DNA of 56,115 nt from a virus (IMGVR_UViG_3300027881_000017:1-56115), one strand, 5' to 3'. Positions 25,564 through 35,186 are shown, counted from the stretch's first letter. Numbers and translations are program-made. The notes: generated from the sequence alone by a model not told the origin.

Positions 25564-25984
25564 CTTCTTGCCTTCTAATATTTTCTTTTAGTTTAACTAA
25601 GTAATAATCTTCTATCTCGTCGAACGGCATATTCCAAATAAACGCAAGGTTAAATATAAAGTGTAGTAAATCAATGATTTCAAATTTAATTTCTTCTGTT
25701 TCCAGTTTATGCTCAGTATAATTCTTCCAATGTTTCCATGGAAGCCAGCCCATTATCTCAGAACATTCGTCGTGAATTGCATGGATAATTTCTTTAGTTA
25801 CTCTTAATTTTTCACCTCCAACTAAATCATCTATAGATTTTCTATTTGAATTAATAATTCCTTTTCTGATCATCATCGGTATGATATGTTTATCAATATA
25901 TTTTTTATGTTCTTCAAATATCTCGATCATTGGAATATTGAGTGGTTTCTTCGGCGTCAAATGTTTCATTGTCTTTTTCTCCAT
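25553..25984 (-). CDS. All-alpha dimeric dUTPase/dCTPase
   Basis: ECSE...PWKHWK...EIIDLLHF...KLKENIRRQEDGY. Confidence 0.85.
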   Translation of the reverse strand: MEKKTMKHLTPKKPLNIPMIEIFEEHKKYIDKHIIPMMIRKGIINSNRKSIDDLVGGEKLRVTKEIIHAIHDECSEIMGWLPWKHWKNYTEHKLETEEIKFEIIDLLHFIFNLAFIWNMPFDEIEDYYLVKLKENIRRQEDGY

Positions 25985-26486
25985 AATTTCCCTCCATCCT
26001 GTCGATTAATGAATAAAACTCAGGACTACTGTTTTCAGGTTCTAATGTTAAATTTTTTATATCATCGATCTCTTTTTTTGTTAACTCCCAAATATCTTGC
26101 ATTATTTGAATTGGAAAATTCACCATATTTTTTCCGTTTTGCGTTTTAAGAATTTCAGCATATTTCATTAAAGCTGAAATTGGTTTACCATATGCTTTTT
26201 TATTCTTATAGTCAACGAATATTATCAGAATATCTTTAGGATATTTTATATAAATATTATAGATGTTTTCTGTAAATCCTATTTTTCCATTACTCATAGG
26301 TTCTTGAGTTTTAATTTGAACTAACGTAGTGTTTCCTGTTTCTTTGTTTATCAGTACGTAGTCTATCGGTGAATATCTTTGCTTTACTTCTGCTACGTCA
26401 TATCTACCGTCATGTAAAAAATGTTCTTCAAATAATTTTTCTCCTAAATTACCTTTTGCTTCTTTTCTTTTAGTTTCATCATTCAT
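25914..26486 (-). CDS. PD-(D/E)XK-family endonuclease
   Basis: GNLGEKLF...IDY...VQIKT restriction-endonuclease-like core. Confidence 0.6.
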   Translation of the reverse strand: MNDETKRKEAKGNLGEKLFEEHFLHDGRYDVAEVKQRYSPIDYVLINKETGNTTLVQIKTQEPMSNGKIGFTENIYNIYIKYPKDILIIFVDYKNKKAYGKPISALMKYAEILKTQNGKNMVNFPIQIMQDIWELTKKEIDDIKNLTLEPENSSPEFYSLIDRMEGNYGEKDNETFDAEETTQYSNDRDI

Positions 26487-26707
26487 TTTTTCACCTCGTA
26501 TTGTTTTAACAATTGTTGAAATTTATTGTTTAATGGTTTATCAAATTTCTGCTCAAATATCTCCAGTTTTTCTTGTATGTTTTTTTTGTCCCATTCATCG
26601 AAGTGGTTATTAAAATACTTAATTGCCCGCTTACAGGCAATTCCTTCTTTAGTTTTCCATAAGATATTTAACAGTGGTTTTATCGTATTCTTTTTATGCG
26701 TTTCCAA
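26483..26707 (-). CDS. Hypothetical protein
   Basis: Operon packing with overlaps. Confidence 0.5.
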   Translation of the reverse strand: METHKKNTIKPLLNILWKTKEGIACKRAIKYFNNHFDEWDKKNIQEKLEIFEQKFDKPLNNKFQQLLKQYEVKK

Positions 26708-26952
26708 GGGGCAGCAACCTCCTCTTTTATAAAAATTGCCATCGCAATTTCTTTATTTAAATGAACCGGAAAACATCGGTTAATGTGGTCTTCAACGTTG
26801 TCCAAAGTTTTCCTATAAAAAATCCCTGTCCAATCTTCCCAGTGAGTTATTGATTTGGATTTGCAATATTTAGAATCCGATCGATTTACTCTAACGATAA
26901 AAGCAGGGAAATTATTTTCTATTCTATCTTGTGCGCTACCCATATCGTTCAC
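26680..26952 (-). CDS. Hypothetical protein
   Basis: Operon packing. Confidence 0.5.
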   Translation of the reverse strand: MNDMGSAQDRIENNFPAFIVRVNRSDSKYCKSKSITHWEDWTGIFYRKTLDNVEDHINRCFPVHLNKEIAMAIFIKEEVAAPWKRIKRIR

Positions 26953-27271
26953 TTACTTTCTTGCTTTCGGTTTCACCAAGGATGAATTCAACATCTACCA
27001 CGTCGCCATCATTTAAATCGTCCCAATAATCCCTTATGTGCTTGTGGGCAATTGGCATTGTCCGAGCTCCATTACCCCAACTAAATTCATCGTAGTTTGC
27101 AGTAATATCACCAACCATTTTTATTACAATTTTATAATCTCCTCTGCCAGACGTTCCAAACCCCGCCCTACTCAACAAATATTTTTGTTCCTCAGATTCT
27201 GCACAAACATCAATAGCCATTACCGGCATGAAGGTTGCTTTATCTCGAATCTCTAACATTTTAATTTCCAT
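26936..27271 (-). CDS. Phage hypothetical protein
   Basis: aaggag RBS; ordinary globular composition. Confidence 0.7.
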   Translation of the reverse strand: MEIKMLEIRDKATFMPVMAIDVCAESEEQKYLLSRAGFGTSGRGDYKIVIKMVGDITANYDEFSWGNGARTMPIAHKHIRDYWDDLNDGDVVDVEFILGETESKKVSERYG

Positions 27272-27379
27272 TAGTTTCTCCTTTATAGAGGACGGCTACC
27301 CCAGCCGCCCTCGTTGTTATTATGACAAATCCTCACGGAATATTTGCTTGATCAAGTCATTGGCAATTCTCACCCTCCG

Positions 27380-30214
27380 TTAAAATGGCAATTCATCTTC
27401 TTCTTCCTCTAACCTTTCGTCAACTTTGTCAGCATCAAACAGTTCGCCGTTTTTATGTGTTCTTAAAAATTCAGAAAATGCTCTGGTCTTTTCATATCCG
27501 CCGCTAATCCGTTTTAATGCTTTGTTGATCAGTAATTTGTTTAATAGTTTTCTTGTATCTCCCCTGTTGCCCAGATCAAACATTTCTTGTAAATCTGTCT
27601 GGCTTATTTTTTCAATTTCTAATAGTTGATCTATTACATATCTCTTGTCAACAAGAAGTTCTTTTATCTCGTCTTCGTTTAATATTTTTTTACGCGTCTT
27701 TTCAAGCCGGCTATATTCATCGTATCCCATTACCGGTTTGTCGAATATCTTACATAGGTAATTGTAGGCAAATTCTACATGAATTTTATTTACAATAAGA
27801 TTTCTGCCGTCATGGCTAAATACCATCGCTGCTGTTGCTACCGCTATTTTTGCCAATCTTACCCTTTGTGAGTTTGGTATCATTAAAGGGATTGATTCAT
27901 CATATTTAAATGCCATCCATTTTGTGCACTGATATATGTGGTTCATCGCTTCTTGAGTAAATGTTATTTGCTCTTTTTTTAATGTCCAGGCAAACATAAT
28001 AAGATCTCGGAAATCGTCGCCGACATATTTAAATGTCTTAGGCGCTTTTATTGGCGTGTTAATTATATCCATTGACACGTCGTCTATGCCCAACAATAAA
28101 ACTAAATCGAATCTACTCATATCTTCTTTTTGACCAACCAGTTCTGGGAATGCTCTGACTCCCTGACTATAATCGCCGAGCATTTTATTATGTTCTTCTT
28201 TGGTTCCACGTGGATTACTTAACCATATGAGCCGAGTACGCGCCCATGTTTTTTCTGTCCTGATTTTTGTTATCTCTGCTCTACCGCTGGATCTAATGCC
28301 GGATAATTTCGCAATTTCCCATAGAGCCAGTCCGCTCATCTCATCAACAGCTACCAATCTTTTATCATTTAATGGAATACGCCCCCAGGTTAAGTGCCAT
28401 CGGCTGCCCATCTGTTGGAGCCCACCAACCAATCCGGCAAACGAGGCACTTTCACCAAGGACCAATTCTCCAAGTTTAAAATATTCTATTAATGATTTTA
28501 TCATTTCTGTTTTTCCGGTTCTTGTATCGCCAAGCACAAGGCTTTCAAGATATCCTTTATCTAATTGCTTGTCTTCAAAACTCCACACCAATGGGCTACA
28601 ATATGTCAAAAGCGTTAATGTAAATAAATCTTCACGACCTTTTAATCCAGTAACGTGCATGACAGTACTTTCGTATATATCCTGGATTTTTTCTTCAATA
28701 TTATCTGTTTGAAATTTTTCTAATTTTTTTACAGTTTCATCGGTAAATTCGTAACTGTCGATTGCGGTCATGCTCGGCTTAGCGTTAAATATTAAATGTG
28801 TTCCTTTTTGTGTCTTTGGATGGGCGATGGTTTTTGCTTCCATGTCATATGATCTATTTGCTTCAATGTTGTGGCCAATATAATACGATCTTCTGGTTTT
28901 AAATTGTTCGTCCTGATTTATGTCAGTCGTGTATTCTATCTCCGTTGTAAGCACAACCTCTTCGATATTAAAACTTTTCTTTTCTTCGATATTAACTATA
29001 TTACATCTTTGTGGTATACCAAGTATTTCTTTCAGCCCGGTTGTTTTTTCTTTTTTAGTTACGTCGCACAACAACAGTATATTTTCATCGCTTTTTTCAA
29101 TTACTGCTTTAATGTCGCCACTGTCAAAATTCATCGGACATACCGGACATGCTTTTTCACTATAATTTATGCTGCAAGTTGCGTGTATTTTTTGTGGTAC
29201 AATATATGCCTCAATGTCTTTGCCTGAAATAAGCGCGCTTGTTCTTATAAATTTATTATTATATTTTCCATGATCTGCTTGTGCTAATGATACTTCGAAA
29301 AACTTATCTTCATCTTCGTCCTTCAAAATATACAGCGGCATGCTTTTTAATAATTTTATTAAATCTTTTTTTTGCGCACCATTTATAATATAATCTGTCA
29401 AGTCTCCACCAGGATATTGCTCAATATCAAGTGGTAAGTTTATTATTTTTATAGCGTCGGCGAATTTACTTAGTAGTTTTGCGACTCTTTGGCTGCCGGC
29501 CTTACCTGCTTCGTCTATGTCATAGCAAATCATGACCTTCTTGCCACTGAAATATTTTGCCCATTCCGCCGGAAAAGTGCTTACCCCGGTTGTACCTGTA
29601 ATTGCGTTATAGCCCAACTGGTTCGCCAGAATACAATCCATTTCTCCTTCACAAAGCATAACCGTATTTTTGTATAAGTTTTCTGCTGGAAATAATCTTG
29701 CAGCACCATACCCACTTTTCCAGCTTGCGACCTTTGGCTTTCCTTTCTCTGGTCTTGGATCGTGAATTCTGATATTTACTATTTCGCCATATATATCATA
29801 TATTGGGATTGTAAATTTTTGATTAAACGCCCCAATTTTATACTTTTTTACTGTTTCTATTTCTAACCCTCTTTTGCGCTTTAACCAATTAATAGCTGTT
29901 TCGTTTTTAATTAGTTCTTGATGCATTGTATCTATTTCTGATTTATCAATTTTTTTCTGTTCTGTTTTAATGTTGTTTTCAGCAGCAATCTGCTTTAAGT
30001 CTAAATTTTGCTTTTTACACCATGTAAGAAAATTACCCTTTTCGTTGCAAGTGTGGCAATAATACATGCCCGTCGCGGCGTTGATGCTCATGCTGGCATG
30101 CTCGTCTTCGTGGAACGGGCAATTTATGATTATTTGGTTTGGACCAGTACTCTTTCCACGCGGGTAAAAATCAATAAAGTGTATTTTTGAAAGAAGCTCA
30201 TCGACCCAGTTCAT
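27380..30214 (-). CDS. Primase-helicase fusion: CHC2 zinc finger, TOPRIM and MCM-type AAA+ helicase
   Basis: CPFHED...CHTC; CEGEMD, YDID, DLTD; GDTRTGKT, SFAGLVGG, VDEM, SNP, SRFDL. Confidence 0.88.
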   Translation of the reverse strand: MNWVDELLSKIHFIDFYPRGKSTGPNQIIINCPFHEDEHASMSINAATGMYYCHTCNEKGNFLTWCKKQNLDLKQIAAENNIKTEQKKIDKSEIDTMHQELIKNETAINWLKRKRGLEIETVKKYKIGAFNQKFTIPIYDIYGEIVNIRIHDPRPEKGKPKVASWKSGYGAARLFPAENLYKNTVMLCEGEMDCILANQLGYNAITGTTGVSTFPAEWAKYFSGKKVMICYDIDEAGKAGSQRVAKLLSKFADAIKIINLPLDIEQYPGGDLTDYIINGAQKKDLIKLLKSMPLYILKDEDEDKFFEVSLAQADHGKYNNKFIRTSALISGKDIEAYIVPQKIHATCSINYSEKACPVCPMNFDSGDIKAVIEKSDENILLLCDVTKKEKTTGLKEILGIPQRCNIVNIEEKKSFNIEEVVLTTEIEYTTDINQDEQFKTRRSYYIGHNIEANRSYDMEAKTIAHPKTQKGTHLIFNAKPSMTAIDSYEFTDETVKKLEKFQTDNIEEKIQDIYESTVMHVTGLKGREDLFTLTLLTYCSPLVWSFEDKQLDKGYLESLVLGDTRTGKTEMIKSLIEYFKLGELVLGESASFAGLVGGLQQMGSRWHLTWGRIPLNDKRLVAVDEMSGLALWEIAKLSGIRSSGRAEITKIRTEKTWARTRLIWLSNPRGTKEEHNKMLGDYSQGVRAFPELVGQKEDMSRFDLVLLLGIDDVSMDIINTPIKAPKTFKYVGDDFRDLIMFAWTLKKEQITFTQEAMNHIYQCTKWMAFKYDESIPLMIPNSQRVRLAKIAVATAAMVFSHDGRNLIVNKIHVEFAYNYLCKIFDKPVMGYDEYSRLEKTRKKILNEDEIKELLVDKRYVIDQLLEIEKISQTDLQEMFDLGNRGDTRKLLNKLLINKALKRISGGYEKTRAFSEFLRTHKNGELFDADKVDERLEEEEDELPF

Positions 30215-30345
30215 TCAACTTCCTTATTTTAAATGCGCCTACACTAATAACACCTGCCGGTATTATTACTATCCCTCAAACCCCCAAGCGCTTTTGCCGT
30301 TGGCCAACGGCATGCTCACTTGCTCTCCCTCGGCGCAAGGTTTAA

Positions 30346-31194
30346 CTATTCTTCATCGTCTGCAAATGGATTTTCTTCGTCTTCGTTAAATTTGCCTTTG
30401 TCCTCATCCTCTGGCTTGGATTTCTTTTCAACGTTTCTCTGTTCTGCTTTTATTTCGTCTTCGTCCTCATGGACTTCAACCTGGGTTGATGTTATTAACT
30501 TGTAAAACTCCTCTCCTTTTTTTATTTCGTTTTTTTCTGCCATTCCTCCCGGTGCTATTTTGAATTGAAAATAAGTACCTTTGACATTTTCCTTAAAATC
30601 TGTCGAAAGATTATAGGCGAAATGCCAGCTATTTTTTTGCGCTTTTTGCGCATCAAAATAAATCATATTTCTTAATTGCTTGCCCGCACCCATCGATGTT
30701 CTACCGAACGACGCGGTTAATGGTATCGGAAAGTCATATCCTCTAACGATGCAAAAACTGTTTATTAATTCAGTACATGGAGGCGGAATGCCCTTGCCTG
30801 TTTTTTCATCTATCGGCCACGGATTTGGATTAAACTCACAGCCAATGCAATTCCCGCCAGGTTCGCCCCTGCCTGTTTTTCCATTAAGTGATTGACATAA
30901 TAAACCGCCTCCTTCGCCGAAATCCCGAAACATTAGTCGTGTCGGATGGAATTTTAAAGGAATAATAGTAAGGGATTCATCTGTCTCGCATATTACCTCT
31001 TTTGTTACGCTGTTAACAACCTCCCCTGGCTTGGCGGTTTTATCATCAATTTCCACACTGTTCTTTTGGACAAGTTTTAATCGGGGGATTGTTAACATGT
31101 CCTGAGTGATGCCTTCAAGGCCGGCAATTACTCCGTCTTTCGTTTTGACGACTGCCGTATCGCTGGGTTTTTTTACTACATCTTTGTTTGCCAT
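30346..31194 (-). CDS. Putative ssDNA-binding/recombination protein
   Basis: IPRLKLVQKNS motif, Cys cluster, acidic tail ending NPFADDEE; replication context. Confidence 0.55.
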   Translation of the reverse strand: MANKDVVKKPSDTAVVKTKDGVIAGLEGITQDMLTIPRLKLVQKNSVEIDDKTAKPGEVVNSVTKEVICETDESLTIIPLKFHPTRLMFRDFGEGGGLLCQSLNGKTGRGEPGGNCIGCEFNPNPWPIDEKTGKGIPPPCTELINSFCIVRGYDFPIPLTASFGRTSMGAGKQLRNMIYFDAQKAQKNSWHFAYNLSTDFKENVKGTYFQFKIAPGGMAEKNEIKKGEEFYKLITSTQVEVHEDEDEIKAEQRNVEKKSKPEDEDKGKFNEDEENPFADDEE

Positions 31195-31196
31195 AA

Positions 31197-31565
31197 TTAA
31201 ATTCTCCTTAAGTTAAGTTTTGGTTCGGTATATGATTTTACTCCCGGTGGGAGTTTGTTTGTGCTGTCTAACATTTCTTTAATTGCAGCAGAGCTAACCC
31301 GTTTTTGCATCATCTCGTATTTACCGTTTTTAACTACCCAGTTGGCAAATAACTCAAGGTCTTCAACTCCTGGATAAAATCCTATACTTATGCTGGCGCT
31401 GGCCTTAATTCCTTTTACGGCTTTAACGTCTTCAGCCTGCATGTGTGATATAATATCTATTTGTATAATATCAAAATCTTTTTGAATATCTGAGACAATT
31501 TCCTTTGCTTTTAATTTTTTCTCTCTTAATTCAAAAAGTTTATCAATTTTTTCACCTAATGTCAT
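31197..31565 (-). CDS. Phage replication-module protein (coiled-coil N-terminus)
   Basis: QKRVS...LPPGV motif common beside phage SSB/SNF2 genes. Confidence 0.6.
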   Translation of the reverse strand: MTLGEKIDKLFELREKKLKAKEIVSDIQKDFDIIQIDIISHMQAEDVKAVKGIKASASISIGFYPGVEDLELFANWVVKNGKYEMMQKRVSSAAIKEMLDSTNKLPPGVKSYTEPKLNLRRI

Positions 31566-31870
31566 ATTTTAAACTCCTTTTTTACATATTTTTTATTTTT
31601 TGCATCCCATAATAACAACCATGCGCTCCCAAACTTACCACAGATCGCTCCCATTACAAAATTTAACGGCAGCCCGCCACTCAATAATATATAATCTTCC
31701 TTGTGGTTATAATGATAGGTTCCCAGTATATCTTTTAAAGTATATAGCAACCGATCTAAATTAAAAACGTCTACATTCCCTTCTGTAACCGGAATTAGCA
31801 TCCCGTATTGTTTGGCATCGCTCATATCTTTGCCAACATGATTAACTACAAAAACCCGACTATCTTGCAT
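31562..31870 (-). CDS. Hypothetical alpha/beta protein
   Basis: Start moved to ATG 31870 after aaggagg; DYILLSG...LLLWD. Confidence 0.65.
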   Translation of the reverse strand: MQDSRVFVVNHVGKDMSDAKQYGMLIPVTEGNVDVFNLDRLLYTLKDILGTYHYNHKEDYILLSGGLPLNFVMGAICGKFGSAWLLLWDAKNKKYVKKEFKI

Positions 31871-31977
31871 AGGTACAACCTCCTTTCTTTTACATATTTT
31901 ACATATTTGAATTTCCGTACTTTGGAAATTTTTATGATAAGTTATTTTACAGTGAATACAGGTGAAGGCGTCGGTGC

Positions 31978-32169
31978 TCAATAACTTTTTCTTATGTGTA
32001 CTTGTCTCCATGTCTTCTCCATCAATACGTTTCTAATGCATTGCCGAGTAACGTCGTAGTGATTTGCAAGCACTAATATTAACCGTTCCTGTTCTGCTTT
32101 TATTTTTATTACTTTTGCCGGCGTTAGTTTTTTATTTGTTGGCGTGCGATCTTTCCTAAGAAATCCCAT
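31978..32169 (-). CDS. Small HTH DNA-binding protein
   Basis: KLT...LANHYDVTRQCIRNV...KTW. Confidence 0.6.
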   Translation of the reverse strand: MGFLRKDRTPTNKKLTPAKVIKIKAEQERLILVLANHYDVTRQCIRNVLMEKTWRQVHIRKSY

Positions 32170-32420
32170 TACAGTTCCTCTATTTCATTTAAAGTTACGA
32201 ACAATTTTTCTATGTCTTTAATCACTTTTTCTGCTCCTGGCTTGCCTATTATTTCTTCCTTCATAGTAGTGAGAATTTCTTTGTGTACTAATGCTAATTT
32301 TTTATCTGGTAGCATTTTTGTAGCAAGATGCATTAATTTAATAGATCCGGATATTCTGGCGTCTTCAAGACAATCCATGGTTATTTTAACCATGTCGCTT
32401 ATTGCTTCTGGAAGCTCCAT
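32169..32420 (-). CDS. Hypothetical protein
   Basis: TAATG coupling at both ends. Confidence 0.6.
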   Translation of the reverse strand: MELPEAISDMVKITMDCLEDARISGSIKLMHLATKMLPDKKLALVHKEILTTMKEEIIGKPGAEKVIKDIEKLFVTLNEIEEL

Positions 32421-34027
32421 TATAATGCCCCTTTCAATTCGTTAATATCTAATTTCCTGTTGACATCTTCTTTCTGTTTTAGTTTCTTATATATATAATT
32501 TTCAACTGTCCCTTTCGTTAGTAAATGGTAGACCGTCATTTTATTTTTCTGTCCAATTCGTTCAATTCGTTGCATGCTCTGGATATAATTCTCCAGATTA
32601 AAGTCCTGTTCATAATAAATTATATTAGAACAGAACTGTAGATTTAATCCGTGACCGGCAGATGCTGGGTTGGCAATAAGAATTTGGCAGGCACGTGGGT
32701 TTGTTTTTTTATGTTCAAATACTTCTAATGCGACGCTTTTTTCTGATCCAAAATATGCAATCGACTTTCCGTTTAATTTTTCTCTTATGTGCTCTATTGT
32801 TCTATTAAAATGAGCAAATACTATGCATTTCTTATCACCGATTTGATCCAAGATTTCAAACATCGCGGCGTCTTTTGGATTACTATTTGATATTGGAAAT
32901 GACTTTTCGTTCATATATATAAACCCACTGGCAATCTGTCTTAATTTCATTAATTTCGTTATAACGAAAGGAGCGGTTACTGCGTTATTTTCATTTAACC
33001 AGACAATGCATTCGTTTTTCATCTGCTCATAAACTTCCTTTTGCTTGCTAAGCATCTCAACTTTACGGATCTCTTCCACCAGCGGTGGTAAATCAATGCA
33101 TTCGCGTTTATGATGCTGTATGCTTACACCGGCTGCTTTTCTTTTGAATACATCCAATGCCTCTGGTTTGGGAAACCATTCATAATTCAAATAGCCGCCC
33201 TGGGTAAAATACCGGTGACGGAACGCATAAAACACTTCGCCAAATATATTTGGCTGGACAAACTTGTACTGGTTAAATGCGTCCTGCAGGCCGTTCGGCG
33301 CCAGCGTACCGGTCATGATGCTTCTATAGCTAACCATATCTCTTAGCTTCATGATCGCTTTGCTGCGCTGTGCATTCGGCGATTTGATCCGGGTTGATTC
33401 ATCTAATATAATTGCCTTCCATTTGATTTGCATTAATTCATCTAATACTCGAGGAACCATCTCGTAGTTGATTATATATATGCGTTGATTCCAAAATATT
33501 TCGTGGCATTCATTATCTGCCCAACAATCCATAGTTGTATTTAATACTTTTTTAACTTTAGCAGATCCTTCATTTAAAATTATTCCAGTCAATTTACATT
33601 CATCAAGTTGCTTCTCCCATACCGGCTCCATGATCGATTTCGGGCATATAACCAATACCGGCCAATCGTTTCGCTCAAGCATCAATTCGATCTGGACCAA
33701 CGTTTTGCCGGTCCCGGGCTCGCTCAGGTCGGCAAAGTATTTTGTCTTGCGAGCAACTTGAACGCTTTCTTTTTGATGCTTATACAGATTTTTTAAAACC
33801 AGGTCGGTCGCCGGAATTCTATCAGAATCTTCTATACGACTTATCACAGGCTGTGGCAAGGAAATGCCAAGGAGGGAATTTGCGAGGACTACGGTGTCTT
33901 CGTCATATGGAATCGACCATAGCTTTTGTTTGGGGTTCCAGCGCCAACCTGGAATTTGCTTAATTACTTCTTTCTGGTCATAAGGCACTTTTATATATAC
34001 CCTATTTCCTTGAATTAGATGCGTCAT
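32420..34027 (-). CDS. SNF2-family helicase/ATPase
   Basis: EPGTGKT, ILDES, MTGT, GHGLNLQ, QSMQRIERIGQ. Confidence 0.93.
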   Translation of the reverse strand: MTHLIQGNRVYIKVPYDQKEVIKQIPGWRWNPKQKLWSIPYDEDTVVLANSLLGISLPQPVISRIEDSDRIPATDLVLKNLYKHQKESVQVARKTKYFADLSEPGTGKTLVQIELMLERNDWPVLVICPKSIMEPVWEKQLDECKLTGIILNEGSAKVKKVLNTTMDCWADNECHEIFWNQRIYIINYEMVPRVLDELMQIKWKAIILDESTRIKSPNAQRSKAIMKLRDMVSYRSIMTGTLAPNGLQDAFNQYKFVQPNIFGEVFYAFRHRYFTQGGYLNYEWFPKPEALDVFKRKAAGVSIQHHKRECIDLPPLVEEIRKVEMLSKQKEVYEQMKNECIVWLNENNAVTAPFVITKLMKLRQIASGFIYMNEKSFPISNSNPKDAAMFEILDQIGDKKCIVFAHFNRTIEHIREKLNGKSIAYFGSEKSVALEVFEHKKTNPRACQILIANPASAGHGLNLQFCSNIIYYEQDFNLENYIQSMQRIERIGQKNKMTVYHLLTKGTVENYIYKKLKQKEDVNRKLDINELKGAL

Positions 34028-34167
34028 TTTAGTTTCTCCTTTTTATCCCAGCATTCATCACAAACAGTAAACGTTATATTCCCAACGGGTTCACCGCATT
34101 TTATGCATTTATTTTTCATGCAAGCACATTTCTTTTTTTTCTCTTTACAATTAGGACAAGGTTTCAT
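34024..34167 (-). CDS. 47-aa Cys-rich zinc-binding peptide (not in the ORF track)
   Basis: MKPCPNCKEKKKKCACMKNKCIKCG...CDECW; ggagag RBS; ATGA overlap with the SNF2 gene. Confidence 0.6.
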   Translation of the reverse strand: MKPCPNCKEKKKKCACMKNKCIKCGEPVGNITFTVCDECWDKKEKLK

Positions 34168-34467
34168 TTTCTCTCCCAACTTATTACTTTTAAATATGAT
34201 CCCATTAGGGCAGGATCATGATACGAACTAACCTTTACGTTAATGTCTGCCAATTTTTTTAATTCAAATAATGCTGGATATGCCGTATCAACCAACATCT
34301 TTTCTATCGCGTTTAAAGCATGTTCGATATTTTTATCTGTCATTTTTTGTCTTTCGTTTCAAGTTTTTTTAATATTCTATCTACTTTTTTATGAAGCGGT
34401 AAGAGCCAAAGTACAATTATAACAATAATGCAAAGTGACCAAATTATAATAAGAAAATCTTCATTAC

Positions 34468-34827
34468 TCACAGCGATTCCTCCAGGATTTCAAAAGCTTT
34501 TGGGATTGCAGATTGCCACGCTTCGGTGCGGGTTTTGAAACCCGTGATAATTTCGTGCACTTTGCTGTATGTTTTAATTTCATGTCCAAAGAACCCCGCA
34601 TTGTTACAAAATGGAGTTATATAAATCCCCTGCTCGTCAAAGAATAATAGCAGGTGTCCGATTAGGGATGCAAGAGATAAAGATAAAACATATAATTCAA
34701 ATTCAGCCGTTTTGTTAAGTTTTAGATATTTATTTTTTAGAATATTGTCCCATTCTCTTGAATAAATATTTTGTATAAACTTCGCCCACGCTTTCGGGCA
34801 TTTCTTTTCTATCTTTTCGAACATTAT
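34468..34827 (-). CDS. Hypothetical protein
   Basis: ggag RBS before MFEK; start approximate. Confidence 0.55.
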   Translation of the reverse strand: MMFEKIEKKCPKAWAKFIQNIYSREWDNILKNKYLKLNKTAEFELYVLSLSLASLIGHLLLFFDEQGIYITPFCNNAGFFGHEIKTYSKVHEIITGFKTRTEAWQSAIPKAFEILEESL

Positions 34828-35045
34828 TTCTCCAATGCTTTTTGTGCCCACCCCTCTATCCAACTTAAAATTAAATTTAGACTCTCGTTTGGAGTTGTAT
34901 ATCTTTTTTCACCTATGCCCAATATTTTTCTTTCATTACAATATTTTTTTATTTTCTTCAAAGCTGCTTCCAGTTCTTTGACTTTATCATGTTCAATTCT
35001 AAAATTATGTTCAGCGCTTTCCGCTCGTTGTTTATAATCACTCAT
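34824..35045 (-). CDS. Hypothetical protein
   Basis: ggagg RBS. Confidence 0.6.
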   Translation of the reverse strand: MSDYKQRAESAEHNFRIEHDKVKELEAALKKIKKYCNERKILGIGEKRYTTPNESLNLILSWIEGWAQKALEK

Positions 35046-35186
35046 TCTTTACCCTCCAATTTAGAACTGCCGCTTGGACTTCTTGCGGCCCTGGGATGCT
35101 AAAGCAACCGCAATAAACCAAAGAGCGATTATCACAAAACCGCCAATAAGACCTAATATAATAGTTAAAGTATCCATTAAACCCTC

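Noticed and set aside
27288-27312. Hairpin GAGGGCGGCU/AGCCGUCCUC as a novel RNA or terminator
   Set aside because: A single hairpin without a U-tract; too little evidence to call
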